This document shows, in pieces, positions 7,460-16,910 of a DNA stretch of 64,000 nucleotides. Position numbers and translations under genes: made by a program. The DNA is from an uncultured virus (IMG/VR IMGVR_UViG_3300007871_000062) (taxonomy: Duplodnaviria; Heunggongvirae; Uroviricota; Caudoviricetes), in IMG/VR virus record IMGVR_UViG_3300007871_000062. One strand, 5' to 3'. The notes beneath the pieces are model-generated. The model was not told where the DNA came from. It saw only the letters and a program-made list of their open reading frames with translations, and did no database searches. Numbering within the stretch: the stretch's first letter is position 1; every line of letters begins with the position of its first letter.

Positions 7460-8355
7460 GCTTCAAAATCCTCATCATACGTATTATCGTCAAGCAATTT
7501 ACACCTTGCTTGACTGTCCTCTTTAGTTAAATCATCAAAAATATGATCTTTAGTAATACATTTCCAAGCATTTTCTACTAACATTATAAGATCAAATTGA
7601 TGTTCCGGACTAATTCTCAAACGGTGAGTAGCAAATCGTAATCTATCTCTGGGCCCACAAATTTGATCAATACCAACAATCATTTCACTACTTCCCACAC
7701 CCTCACCAAGTAACCAAGAATAAATACTCAATTGATCGGCCCAATCCTTATTACCGTCCTCCAAAAACATACCTATATTTATCATTAAGCCATTTACCAT
7801 CATCAATGTACAATCCCTATGCACTTTATTTCCTGGCATCAATCTAACGTATCCTTTCATTGGGCTCTTTAGTCTCGTGCCATAGTATCCATTAACTTTC
7901 CAATCCAAAATTACTCGCGCGCCATAGCTATTGATAAAGAAAATATCCGGTTTACCCAAGAGCGGCACACCTTGGATGTCATCATTGATTGTAAACTCAA
8001 AACGTGGTTCTCCGACCGCCTGTCCTAAATCTAACATCATTGAAGCTAGACAACCAGCTTCTCTGTACTCTTCAAAAATGTGACTACCGTCTTTCAAAGC
8101 CACATCCCTATTGTGTGGTTCAACTTGATCTTGAAAGAGAGTATCAAAACTGTATCTCGGATCAGCACCCTTACCAAAGAGTTTTTCGTGTAGATAACTT
8201 TTACAAAAAGCATCAAAACTACTTCCTATGGCCATGTGATGATTTTGTGGTTCTCTTGGTGCTCGCTCATCGGCTAAATATCTTGAATAAAACGCCTCTC
8301 TATCATTATAAAACAATTTAATGGAAGTTGGCGAAAGATAATTAGGTATTCTCAT
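7450..8355 (-). CDS. PD-(D/E)XK nuclease (RecB/Cas4-like)
   Basis: YLSPTSI, G..FD, GKPD..ILDWK, QLSIY. Confidence 0.8.
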   Translation of the reverse strand: MRIPNYLSPTSIKLFYNDREAFYSRYLADERAPREPQNHHMAIGSSFDAFCKSYLHEKLFGKGADPRYSFDTLFQDQVEPHNRDVALKDGSHIFEEYREAGCLASMMLDLGQAVGEPRFEFTINDDIQGVPLLGKPDIFFINSYGARVILDWKVNGYYGTRLKSPMKGYVRLMPGNKVHRDCTLMMVNGLMINIGMFLEDGNKDWADQLSIYSWLLGEGVGSSEMIVGIDQICGPRDRLRFATHRLRISPEHQFDLIMLVENAWKCITKDHIFDDLTKEDSQARCKLLDDNTYDEDFEACL

Positions 8356-8585
8356 AGTGGATCACCGTAGTAATTAATTTCTAATACTCCCAAACAATCA
8401 GTTATTGCAACATGCCCACCCTCCACATCCCAGACTCCTACTTCCAATTTATCAATATTTCTTATCATTAAAAGATCGCGTTGAGCAACCAAATTGTTAT
8501 ACACTCCTTGAGCCGATATACAATCAACACGCGCACTATTCATACGCTTTGAAAGTGATGCAAACGCAGCAATAAAATTATTCAT
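8352..8585 (-). CDS. Hypothetical protein
   Basis: ATGA overlaps with both neighbours. Confidence 0.55.
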   Translation of the reverse strand: MNNFIAAFASLSKRMNSARVDCISAQGVYNNLVAQRDLLMIRNIDKLEVGVWDVEGGHVAITDCLGVLEINYYGDPL

Positions 8586-8998
8586 GTCATTTTCTCTGCT
8601 TCGGCTTGTGATTCTAAAAGTCGGTAAACAACCAAACCAGTCAAACCAACAATTTCGCCATGTTGCTCACTATTCAATTTCAAATATTCAAAAATAATAG
8701 GCTGATTTAGACTGAGTAGAGTGGATTGATTTTCAAACCAATTCCCACTCAATAAATCTTTCTCCAAAGCAAATAACACTTCACTTCTTACTTCAGGAAG
8801 AACGGATCCATGATAATTAACAACCCTCATCGTTATTTTGCCCACTTCATTGCCAGTTTCATCATGAAACACTTTTAACACCGCATTATCACCTAATTCA
8901 CTATCAAACACACCGTACCAAGGCAGTCCATGTATTGGTACTATAATATAGAGATAAGCTCTAGTTTTCAAAATATCTCTCCCTAATCCAACCAACAA
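8582..8998 (-). CDS. Hypothetical protein (start uncertain)
   Basis: Open frame coupled to the downstream gene. Confidence 0.45.
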   Translation of the reverse strand: MLVGLGRDILKTRAYLYIIVPIHGLPWYGVFDSELGDNAVLKVFHDETGNEVGKITMRVVNYHGSVLPEVRSEVLFALEKDLLSGNWFENQSTLLSLNQPIIFEYLKLNSEQHGEIVGLTGLVVYRLLESQAEAEKMT

Positions 8999-9116
8999 TC
9001 ACAAAAGGAAAAATAATAATACAAATGAAAATAGTAAAAACACGCTTCAGTATTGCCATTATCCATAGAAACAAAAACATAAATCCGCGGTATCCAAGTT
9101 CGTCATATCTTTCCAT
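8961..9116 (-). CDS. 51-aa membrane peptide (not in ORF track)
   Basis: AGGAG RBS; MERYDELGYRGFMFLFLWIMAIL... Confidence 0.5.
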   Translation of the reverse strand: MERYDELGYRGFMFLFLWIMAILKRVFTIFICIIIFPFVIVGWIRERYFEN

Positions 9117-9148
9117 AACGTCTTTTCTCCTTAGGTAAGTTTCACACT

Positions 9149-10105
9149 CTAATTTTGAAATTTTCTCAAATACCTTGCTTCTTTCGGAATTCCATCATCA
9201 CTAAGTTCACGGTACTTGAATGTCACCACATCACCAATCTTAAAGTATTTATTATCAAATTGTCTTTCTCGATCCGTCAATCCAGATAATTCTAATTGTT
9301 TACCATTAAAATCAAGAACTAAAGCACCAATCATCCCAATATATTTTCCTTTACCTTCTGTAAAACCAGTTACGATGCCTTCGGCGTCATTACTCGGCTT
9401 ATACTTCAATAAATCATGACTACGCTCCGGAGTCCAGACGCAAGACGGCTTACGCAACATCACACCCTCTCCGCCTTTGGCTACAATCGAATTCAACTTT
9501 TTATCAATAACCTCCCCGTAATATTTTCCAGGTAGTTTGATTTGTTTCAGTGGCTTACAACAATCATGACACCTTGAGTCAAGATATTCTAATATACAAT
9601 CGAATGGCAAATTTGGACTAATCTGTATCGACGACACTCGATTTTGGATCCAAAGGAACACATCATTAACAGAAAAACTATACTCATTTCTGATTTTAAT
9701 ATCCCTGGGTCGTCCAAAAGCGTGCCATGATGGAGAGTCAAAAACGTAGTACGTAACTTTACTCCAATCACCATCCGCTTTACCTATTATTGTTCGTAGT
9801 TTTTGGAAACATTTCAACTTCAAGTACAACTCACCATCTAAAGGAAATCGCGGTAATTGATCAAGCCACCAATCAGGAGCCTGAATCACTTTCCCCGACC
9901 GACTCCATAATCCCGTGGCTATTGGCGGTGCCTTGAGACGATAATCTTTTATACAATTTGCGTAGGGTACATCACTAGCCATCTCACCTCTTGAAATCCC
10001 ACCATCCCAAAACGCTCTACAACCATCCAGTTTCTCTGAAATATACCAATGACCTACAAACTGATCTTTGTATGTTTGAGCCAACATTAAATATTCATTT
10101 TTCAT
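9149..10105 (-). CDS. ATP-dependent DNA ligase
   Basis: SEKLDG motif I, DGEL, YYVFD, EGVMLR, LLKYK, C-terminal OB-like region. Confidence 0.92.
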   Translation of the reverse strand: MKNEYLMLAQTYKDQFVGHWYISEKLDGCRAFWDGGISRGEMASDVPYANCIKDYRLKAPPIATGLWSRSGKVIQAPDWWLDQLPRFPLDGELYLKLKCFQKLRTIIGKADGDWSKVTYYVFDSPSWHAFGRPRDIKIRNEYSFSVNDVFLWIQNRVSSIQISPNLPFDCILEYLDSRCHDCCKPLKQIKLPGKYYGEVIDKKLNSIVAKGGEGVMLRKPSCVWTPERSHDLLKYKPSNDAEGIVTGFTEGKGKYIGMIGALVLDFNGKQLELSGLTDRERQFDNKYFKIGDVVTFKYRELSDDGIPKEARYLRKFQN

Positions 10106-10419
10106 TGGACACACTCCGCAATATCAGTTTGTTCAGTGACTTCACAATCATCCAAACAACCATGAATACCAGTACATTCACCCATAAATAGTTCACAATT
10201 ACCAGCCAAACCGCCAACATCACCCATCAAATTACCTACTGGACCCCAAAGATTCGTAACATTACCACTAAGTTCACGGCAATCACCAATTATCCCCGAA
10301 CAGTTTCCCCAGATATTGTCACAATTGTACACTCTTGCGTGTGGACCTAAAACTTTTTTGCTACCTCTATAGTGATATAATACGTTTTTTGTTTTACTCA
10401 GTTTCTTCTTCATCGCCAC
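10102..10419 (-). CDS. Small 7-residue G(N/D)xxx(I/L)x repeat protein
   Basis: About 8 tandem heptapeptides. Confidence 0.65.
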   Translation of the reverse strand: MAMKKKLSKTKNVLYHYRGSKKVLGPHARVYNCDNIWGNCSGIIGDCRELSGNVTNLWGPVGNLMGDVGGLAGNCELFMGECTGIHGCLDDCEVTEQTDIAECVQ

Positions 10420-10943
10420 TCCTTAATTTCGGGTATATCTCTGTACATTCTGAACATTTGTTCAGAAGTAAAATACTTGAACCATTGCTTCTTATTAGGC
10501 GTTACTCCAATTTGTGTAAGTGGCGGTATATTTACTACATCAGCCCATCGCAAAAGTTCGTTCAAGTCATCCCATCTCGAATATCTGATTGTAAAATCGC
10601 AATTATTATGCAAAAAGAAATTCTCTTGTTCACAGGCCCACTTTACGTGTCTCGCCACTACGACTTTTTCAGATAGTGGTGGTCTGGAACTTTCGGCAGC
10701 GCGGTTTTGCGCATTCAAAAATAAAGCGATCTTTGTCGCAATAATCTCTCGTGGATCACGAACCACCCTAAAAGAAAAGCACCCTCCGGGGATCAAATTG
10801 CGTTCCAAACCATACTCACGTGTCATATGATGATGACCCACATCTTCACTACCGGGTATCTCCATAAGCATTGCAGAAATAGCCCTAGATCCAGTGTGTA
10901 CTTCTGCGTAAAATTGAAAATTGTATTTATGATTGATTATCAT
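10410..10943 (-). CDS. Sulfotransferase-family-like protein, copy 2
   Basis: FYAEVHTGSRAI, FRVVRDPREII, DFTIRY, WFKYFT. Confidence 0.6.
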   Translation of the reverse strand: MIINHKYNFQFYAEVHTGSRAISAMLMEIPGSEDVGHHHMTREYGLERNLIPGGCFSFRVVRDPREIIATKIALFLNAQNRAAESSRPPLSEKVVVARHVKWACEQENFFLHNNCDFTIRYSRWDDLNELLRWADVVNIPPLTQIGVTPNKKQWFKYFTSEQMFRMYRDIPEIKEWR

Positions 10944-11461
10944 CCCCAACTCCTAAAAAGGTCAATTTCCGGGATATTTGCGTGCATTCTGCGTATTTGT
11001 TCAGGTGTAAAATACTTGAACCATGGCTTTTTACCTTTGGTTACACCTACCAACGGTAGTGTAATAGGATTTTCTACACCTAACCACCTCAAGAGACCAT
11101 TCAAATCATTCCATCTTGGGTATCTGATTGTATAATCGCAATCATTGTGTCTAAAGAACTTTTCTTGTTTACAACCCCATTTCACAAAACGTTCTACAAT
11201 CCTCCCTTGATCGTACTTTTGAGCAAAACGCAATTCATTGATTTTACATGCGATCATTGTTGCAATAATCTCACGTGGATCACGAATCACACTGAAAGAA
11301 ACATATCCGGCTGTAGACAATTCAGACTTCTCTAAAGTCAAGTGTTGATGATCACCAACTATCTCACTGTTTCTGAGTGTTTTAAGTGCCTTAGTAACAG
11401 CACGTGAAGCCGTATGTGGTTCGGCACAAAAAATGAATTTATACTGTGTGTTTTTTAACAT
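10940..11461 (-). CDS. Sulfotransferase-family-like protein, copy 1
   Basis: KFIFCAEPHTASRAV (cf. FIHIPKTAGTSI), FSVIRDPRE (cf. FTFVRNP). Confidence 0.62.
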   Translation of the reverse strand: MLKNTQYKFIFCAEPHTASRAVTKALKTLRNSEIVGDHQHLTLEKSELSTAGYVSFSVIRDPREIIATMIACKINELRFAQKYDQGRIVERFVKWGCKQEKFFRHNDCDYTIRYPRWNDLNGLLRWLGVENPITLPLVGVTKGKKPWFKYFTPEQIRRMHANIPEIDLFRSWG

Positions 11462-11717
11462 ACTCTTCCAATTCTTCGAGGGTCGTTGCGTGTGCTACTC
11501 GTTCCGTATCAATACACATACTATTATATTCTGCTTCCCAATATTCACTGATACGTTCAGCAACCTTATAAAATAATTCATAATAATCAATATCTACAGA
11601 TAACTCGATATCAAAATGTTTTTCTAATTCGTTGATATAGTCATCACGAACATAATTTTCCCAAGCATCATCTGCCAATTCTATTTCGATTACACTTAAA
11701 ATGTCGTCATCAATCAA
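11439..11717 (-). CDS. Acidic hypothetical protein
   Basis: Coupled ORF, very D/E rich. Confidence 0.6.
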   Translation of the reverse strand: MIDDDILSVIEIELADDAWENYVRDDYINELEKHFDIELSVDIDYYELFYKVAERISEYWEAEYNSMCIDTERVAHATTLEELEEYVKKHTV

Positions 11718-12055
11718 AAATAGTCCTCTAGTGCTATTAGTAATTCCATTACTTCTTGTGCCATTTTGCTATTTTTCATCAACCAATTAACAGAAATTGC
11801 AATACCATAACTATTGTATATACCACTTAGTATTACGCAATAATCTTCAAATTCTTCAACAAAAACACGATAATTTGCCATTGCCGCTGTGCTACCACCA
11901 TAATCACTTCCTTGCATATAATTTAAAACAATGTAGCAATTGTCTTGCTCCCAATCCTTTGTCGGTGACAAATCAGAAAAATGAGCAGAATCATCTAATT
12001 CATGATCAGCGACATAAAGATCAATAGATCGAAGCGTCTTGATTTTGTCAATCAT
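11714..12055 (-). CDS. Hypothetical protein
   Basis: AGGAG RBS; coupled ORF. Confidence 0.65.
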   Translation of the reverse strand: MIDKIKTLRSIDLYVADHELDDSAHFSDLSPTKDWEQDNCYIVLNYMQGSDYGGSTAAMANYRVFVEEFEDYCVILSGIYNSYGIAISVNWLMKNSKMAQEVMELLIALEDYF

Positions 12056-12081
12056 TTATTTCTCCTTTTGTGATTTTAACA

Positions 12082-12381
12082 TCATAAAATTTGAGGACAA
12101 CCAGAAATCTGAGCATTATCAGAAATTTCAACATAATCAAAGATCTGAGCATAACCAGAAATCTGAGCATGATCAAAAATCCGAGCATCACCAGAAATCT
12201 GAACATGACCAAAAATCCGAGCATCACCAGAAATCTGAACATAATCAAAAATCCGAGCATTCTTGCCAATATAGACAGTCTCTGCGACTGTTGCTGTGTC
12301 CGCAACCCAACCGCCCTCAGTACCCTCCAGGTTAATGTGACGATGTGCTGGTTCTAGACCGTTGCCAAAATCAAACTTCAT
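12082..12381 (-). CDS. Left-handed beta-helix hexapeptide-repeat protein, copy 2 (likely 1-nt shift near the end)
   Basis: MKFDFGNG..AHRH..GGWVADTATV, then IxxxAQ/AR repeats (18-bp DNA repeats). Confidence 0.8.
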   Translation of the reverse strand: MKFDFGNGLEPAHRHINLEGTEGGWVADTATVAETVYIGKNARIFDYVQISGDARIFGHVQISGDARIFDHAQISGYAQIFDYVEISDNAQISGCPQIL

Positions 12382-12712
12382 TTGTTTTTCCTTTTGTGAT
12401 TTTAACATCAGAAATCCGAACACGATCAGAAATCCGAGCATGACCAGAAATCCGAGCATGACCAGAAATCTGAGTATCACCAGAAATCAGAACATAATCA
12501 GAAATTCGAGCATGATCAGAAATCTGAGCAAAATCAAAAATCCAAACATGATCAGAAATCCAAACATGATCAGAAATCTGAGCAAAATCAAAAACCTTAA
12601 CATTTCTACCGATATGCACAGTCTCTGCGACCGTTGCTGTGTCCGCAACCCAACCACCACCAATAATATGTCGATGTGCTGGCACTGGACCGTTACCGAA
12701 ATCAAACGTCAT
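12371..12712 (-). CDS. Left-handed beta-helix hexapeptide-repeat protein, copy 1
   Basis: MTFDFGNG..AHRH..GGWVADTATV, then ISDHxx repeats. Confidence 0.85.
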   Translation of the reverse strand: MTFDFGNGPVPAHRHIIGGGWVADTATVAETVHIGRNVKVFDFAQISDHVWISDHVWIFDFAQISDHARISDYVLISGDTQISGHARISGHARISDRVRISDVKITKGKTNEV

Positions 12713-12882
12713 TTGTCTCTCCTTTTATACAAGCCAACGATGCCTGCGTCACGTAACTCTTTCTCTGTTGCACCTTTGCACGCTTTTGGTTTGCCCATAC
12801 AAACATCATCAAATACTTTCACAATAACAATTGCATCTATCTCCGATGTATTACTCAGAAAAGTAGATTCCTCTTTTGTCAT
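12709..12882 (-). CDS. 57-aa hypothetical protein (not in ORF track)
   Basis: GGAG RBS; MTKEESTFLS...; ATGA overlap. Confidence 0.55.
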   Translation of the reverse strand: MTKEESTFLSNTSEIDAIVIVKVFDDVCMGKPKACKGATEKELRDAGIVGLYKRRDK

Positions 12883-12896
12883 TTTCTTCTCCAGTT

Positions 12897-12938
12897 AAAA
12901 AGAAAAGGACACTTAGCCAATTATTGACTAAGTGTCCT
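12897..12938 (-). terminator. Intrinsic terminator
   Basis: AGGACACTTAGTCAA / TTGGCTAAGTGTCCT stem followed by TTTCTTTT on minus strand. Confidence 0.85.
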
Positions 12939-12942
12939 AAAA

Positions 12943-13380
12943 TCAACCTTCATCGTTTTCCGGCGCATCCTCCTCCGGCGCATCCTCCTCCGGCGCATCT
13001 ACATACTCGTGGACTTCACACAAAATACTGTTTCCAGAGTACGAATATTTAATGATCTTCAGCGATTTAACGAGAACATAACTCGTATTATCCACGATAT
13101 CACCGAGACCGGTTTTCTGGATAAGTTGAGTCCGTGCTCGCGGAAGCAAGACGCACTTGAATCCGTGGTGCGAATCATTTTCTTCATCCTGAAGAAACCA
13201 ACCAAGTTCTTCACCGAACAAATCAGGGACGTACGCGCGGCCAAAAATAAATGGCGACGCACCCTTTTTGACTTCGATTGTGAGTTTGGCTGGCGAACCA
13301 TCAAAAGTCGAGAGAATCGTACCGACTTCAGGTTGCGTTGAAGAAATTCTGGCGTAATCAGCGGCCCATTCAGTTGACAT
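12943..13380 (-). CDS. Hypothetical protein with acidic DAPEE-repeat tail
   Basis: ORF followed by terminator; 15-bp repeats at the 3' end. Confidence 0.7.
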   Translation of the reverse strand: MSTEWAADYARISSTQPEVGTILSTFDGSPAKLTIEVKKGASPFIFGRAYVPDLFGEELGWFLQDEENDSHHGFKCVLLPRARTQLIQKTGLGDIVDNTSYVLVKSLKIIKYSYSGNSILCEVHEYVDAPEEDAPEEDAPENDEG

Positions 13381-13975
13381 GGTTCACAAACCTTTTGTAG
13401 AGAGTTAAACGAGTACGAGAAACTTTTGAACGACTCACATCTAAAATTGCAGCAATCTCCGCATCAGTATTACCAGCTCTTCGGTATAAATACACCTCGC
13501 TTTCAAATTCTGAATCAACAATCTTATCCATAATCTCGTCGAATTCAATGATGTCAAAATCAGCATCTCCGTCTAATGCGTCTACTATAGTACACGTGAG
13601 AATTTTCTTTTTGGCGTATCGTGGTACGGGGATTAGGGTATTATTTTGTAGTGCTTCAAAACAATGCTGATGAATAAATGACATAATGTAACCACGTGGG
13701 TTGTGATTATTAAAATCACCACTCTTCATTTTATCAACAGCCACACAAATACCCAACATCGCGGCACTCACCATTTCCTCAACATCACAACCTCTTTGGA
13801 TATAATACCCAGCAATCAAAAGACCACAACGCCCCGATCTCAAAATCAATTCTTCCCACTTTTCAGCTTTGACTAGCTCTTTAGCTTCTTCAACGGTCAA
13901 AGGACCGGATGGAAAATTACTCCAAAGCGGATGTTTGTACGCGTTCCTTTGATGCACGAAATCACGTTTGAACAT
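13370..13975 (-). CDS. Phage sigma70-like transcription factor
   Basis: EEMVSAAMLGICVAVDK (region-2-like); TDAEIAAILDVSRSKVSR (region-4 HTH). Confidence 0.75.
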   Translation of the reverse strand: MFKRDFVHQRNAYKHPLWSNFPSGPLTVEEAKELVKAEKWEELILRSGRCGLLIAGYYIQRGCDVEEMVSAAMLGICVAVDKMKSGDFNNHNPRGYIMSFIHQHCFEALQNNTLIPVPRYAKKKILTCTIVDALDGDADFDIIEFDEIMDKIVDSEFESEVYLYRRAGNTDAEIAAILDVSRSKVSRTRLTLYKRFVNHVN

Positions 13976-14135
13976 TCTGCTCTACCCACTTAATTTGTGC
14001 AATAAGATCGTCCTTGTCTGCCCGTCGAACATCTTGTCGAATTGACCTTCTTGCGTTTGGACGATGCGATGTGTAACTTTTCCGCATAGATATTGCCCGT
14101 CCTTCACGTTCGGCTTGTAAATCGATTTCATCCAT
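13962..14135 (-). CDS. Small hypothetical protein (start revised)
   Basis: AAGGAG RBS before MDEIDL. Confidence 0.6.
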   Translation of the reverse strand: MDEIDLQAEREGRAISMRKSYTSHRPNARRSIRQDVRRADKDDLIAQIKWVEQNVQT

Positions 14136-14212
14136 TGTTTTCTCCTTGGGTGAAACTTGTGATTGCAAAATCAAAATCAAAATCAAATCATTGTGAATAG
14201 GGGCACAACTTT

Positions 14213-14241
14213 ATTATAGCATGAATCTAACGAAAATACAA
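14213..14241 (-). promoter_or_regulatory. Near-consensus sigma70 promoter upstream of the sigma-factor operon
   Basis: TTGTAT-N17-TATAAT with extended TG. Confidence 0.8.
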
Positions 14242-14275
14242 GCGAAAAACTAATTATTTTGCTAGTGATTTGATT

Positions 14276-14746
14276 TTAAAAATAATAATCAAAACGCCAG
14301 AACGTGGCGATGTTGATTTTACAATCATCGTAATTATAGATTTGTCCCCTGGGGTCATATATCTTTGAACCGTTCCAAGCGACGGCGTGCCAGTACCGAT
14401 TTAACTTACCCATCAAAATACCTCTACCCAGAATCAGGTGATGTTGCAATCTATTTTCGGAGGAATAATATTTTTTGATTTTAACATCATACTCATCATC
14501 ACCCAAAGCAGTCTGTACCGGCATTGCTTCAATCGGCGTGACAGCGTAACCAAGTTCTAAAGCAACTTCTATTAACTCTTGCATATGAAAACCTTTATAG
14601 CAACCTGGCGATCGCAATTCAGGATTAATCTTTTCAGAACCATCATGGTCAATCATTTTTATTACGTCATCAAAATCTATTTTCAGAACCATTGCCAAAG
14701 CGGCCGCACTACAAGACCATGCGTTAGGCGATGTGATCAATTTCAT
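14276..14746 (-). CDS. Papain-fold (C39-like) peptidase
   Basis: SCSAAALAMV ... HAVAW..IYDP Cys-His-Asp pattern. Confidence 0.7.
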   Translation of the reverse strand: MKLITSPNAWSCSAAALAMVLKIDFDDVIKMIDHDGSEKINPELRSPGCYKGFHMQELIEVALELGYAVTPIEAMPVQTALGDDEYDVKIKKYYSSENRLQHHLILGRGILMGKLNRYWHAVAWNGSKIYDPRGQIYNYDDCKINIATFWRFDYYF

Positions 14747-15224
14747 CTTCTTCCTCCTCAAAAAGGGTATCTGAAATTTCAATAACTTTGTCTGCGATCT
14801 TACTCAAAACCTTAGGCACACGCACGGCAAAAATAACAACCCTCACACCAAAACTCCGGAGATAAGAAATCAATGGAATATAGTCTGTATTAGAGATACC
14901 GAGAATAATAGTATCGCCAGCTTTAATAGTACGAAGAACATCAATACTAATTTCTATACCCCACTCACACCGTTTGATTTCACGATCACCAATCTTAAAA
15001 ATATGCGGTCTCTTATATTTAGTCTCGAATCCAATGCTCTGCAAACACGTGATGAAACCTGTTGCTTCACCTTTGGACTGCGAACCGTAAGCAGTAGCTT
15101 TGTCAATTTCTCCAAACAGTTCTTCAATACGATCGAGATAAAGACCATAGTCCAATTTTGTATCGTAATAACGTTGCATCTTGTGGTAAATATCTCCAGT
15201 ATCTACATACACTCTAAGACTCAT
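14724..15224 (-). CDS. NYN/LabA (PIN-fold) domain protein
   Basis: VYVD..., IILGISNTDYIPLISYLRSFGVRV, LSKIADKVI. Confidence 0.75.
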   Translation of the reverse strand: MSLRVYVDTGDIYHKMQRYYDTKLDYGLYLDRIEELFGEIDKATAYGSQSKGEATGFITCLQSIGFETKYKRPHIFKIGDREIKRCEWGIEISIDVLRTIKAGDTIILGISNTDYIPLISYLRSFGVRVVIFAVRVPKVLSKIADKVIEISDTLFEEEEDEIDHIA

Positions 15225-15441
15225 GATCCTCTCCTTTTATTCCTTGAATTACACCAAGCGCACTGATTAAACCTAATTTAGCGGCTTCAATAGAATTAAG
15301 CTGTACAATCATTATAAAATTTACGTCGATGGGCTTTTCCATCTTTTGTTCACATAAAACCTTTGTACTCGATAACCAACGTACCGTTAAATGAAAAAAT
15401 TTTATTGATTTTTCTAGTGACTGTGATTTCAAAATCTTCAT
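15214..15441 (-). CDS. Hypothetical protein
   Basis: Coupled ORF. Confidence 0.45.
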   Translation of the reverse strand: MKILKSQSLEKSIKFFHLTVRWLSSTKVLCEQKMEKPIDVNFIMIVQLNSIEAAKLGLISALGVIQGIKGEDHES

Positions 15442-15761
15442 TGCATTTGACCTGCAAATAATCCAAATGCTGATTCCATTTTCAATGCTCTTGCTTCCTC
15501 TTCCGTGTATTCAACAAAAACAGAATAATCACAAATCTGTTTCTCACGTATAGTTGCTCGCAAATATATTAATTTTTTATTGTCACGGTAGTAAGTTACT
15601 ATTAATGTATCACCCGGATCCACAGATATAGGAGAATTGAATCTCTTTTTTGTAATTTTAATAATTTTCTCCAAAGAAAAGTGCAATTTCTTTATTAACA
15701 GCCACTTCGCTATCTGATGCGTGTATACAATTAAATCGCGTTGGGCACATACCGTAATCAC
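15438..15761 (-). CDS. Hypothetical protein (start uncertain)
   Basis: Fills the gap after ndk. Confidence 0.4.
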   Translation of the reverse strand: MITVCAQRDLIVYTHQIAKWLLIKKLHFSLEKIIKITKKRFNSPISVDPGDTLIVTYYRDNKKLIYLRATIREKQICDYSVFVEYTEEEARALKMESAFGLFAGQMQ

Positions 15762-16065
15762 CCCGTATTGTACCAGGATTAGCTAAAGCACTAACTGTAT
15801 TTCCTATCATTCTCCGTGTTCGATCAATTGCACGAACACCTTTAATAACTATACCAATAATAGGGGCGGATAACATAAATTTCTCATTTTGTTCGTATGG
15901 AATACGGGATAAGTGACAGTACATTCTGTTATACCAAATTTCATCCATTTGTTTCATTTCTATTTTTACAATACTAAATTCAATATTCTCGAATCTCGAA
16001 ATGATTTTACCAATCAATCCTCTTTGTATTGCGTCAGGCTTGATGATTACGAATGTTTTCTGCAT
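15658..16065 (-). CDS. ndk: Nucleoside diphosphate kinase
   Basis: TFVIIKPDA..RGLIGKIISRFE, PGTIRGDY, NCIHASDS. Confidence 0.95.
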   Translation of the reverse strand: MQKTFVIIKPDAIQRGLIGKIISRFENIEFSIVKIEMKQMDEIWYNRMYCHLSRIPYEQNEKFMLSAPIIGIVIKGVRAIDRTRRMIGNTVSALANPGTIRGDYGMCPTRFNCIHASDSEVAVNKEIALFFGENY

Positions 16066-16343
16066 TAGGTAACTCCTTTGATACATTCATGGCAGAATAG
16101 ACCGTTAATTACCCCTGTTCTGTCATCGCGGTCGATATAAATTACAGCACCAAGTTTTTCACCACATGATTTGCACTTATAATTTTGCGATTGCAGTATC
16201 CTTTCCCATGATGCACAATTTCCTGCGACAAAACACTCCTCGCAGGTATAGCAATAATAACATCTGCCATGAAGAACGTCAAGATACATTTCAAAATCCC
16301 AATCGGGTTTCTCTTCGCCACAGACTTTACAAACTCTCATCAT
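16065..16343 (-). CDS. Zinc-finger protein resembling endonuclease VII (degenerate)
   Basis: Q..KCKSC...IDRDDRTG.INGLFC.EC. Confidence 0.6.
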   Translation of the reverse strand: MMRVCKVCGEEKPDWDFEMYLDVLHGRCYYCYTCEECFVAGNCASWERILQSQNYKCKSCGEKLGAVIYIDRDDRTGVINGLFCHECIKGVT

Positions 16344-16684
16344 GCCCTCGCTACAGAAAGGTACTGCCACCAATTTGCAGGCTTAAAGAGCTTCTGATAT
16401 TCCAAATCCGTCGCAGCAACCATTATCCAGACGCCAACACCCTCAGCAGTCAAACGTGGGAAACACTCTATTTGAGCTGGTGTAAAGTGATAACTCTTTG
16501 GATTTTTAATCTCAATCCATCGAGACCCGTAGCGGCGCTTACAAGCGAAAAGATCAGGCCAACCTCGACTATAGAGATTACCGTGTGTACGCATCACATA
16601 CCACCCACGCTCTTCGAGATATTTGACTACAGCTTTTTGTATTATCGCTTCGGGTCCGCGGCCTTTGATATTACTCGTGATCAT
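16340..16684 (-). CDS. VRR-NUC-type nuclease
   Basis: E..IQ, GWPDL, WIEIK, TPAQ. Confidence 0.85.
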   Translation of the reverse strand: MITSNIKGRGPEAIIQKAVVKYLEERGWYVMRTHGNLYSRGWPDLFACKRRYGSRWIEIKNPKSYHFTPAQIECFPRLTAEGVGVWIMVAATDLEYQKLFKPANWWQYLSVARA

Positions 16685-16910
16685 TGTAAATAATCGCAAG
16701 AGTCATAAGTTTGATGATCAAATTGACGTAGATAGCACGCTGTTCTTTTGTTGCGCAATGCTCTAAATGTGCCAAATATTCTTGTGCGCGTTTAACGTAA
16801 TAAAGCCAATCACCATTACCAACATCCATAATAATACTCATAGTTGGATCAACAGTCGAAAGAGCCGCATCACGCAATACTTTGTTGACTTGTCTTTTAG
16901 TAACCTTCAT
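16671..16910 (-). CDS. Hypothetical protein
   Basis: Coupled ORF. Confidence 0.55.
   Translation of the reverse strand: MKVTKRQVNKVLRDAALSTVDPTMSIIMDVGNGDWLYYVKRAQEYLAHLEHCATKEQRAIYVNLIIKLMTLAIIYNDHE

Noticed and set aside
7450..8355. CRISPR-associated Cas4
   Set aside because: No array or other cas genes, and no clear four-Cys Fe-S pattern; better called a generic PD-(D/E)XK nuclease
12082..12712. Diversity-generating retroelement or CRISPR-like array in the 18-bp repeats
   Set aside because: The repeats are in-frame hexapeptide coding units with no unique spacers, and no reverse transcriptase was seen
12362..12898. Plus-strand IRN-repeat ORFs (also 12039..12335 and 12091..12357)
   Set aside because: Antisense shadows of the beta-helix genes, which have RBSs and fit the operon direction
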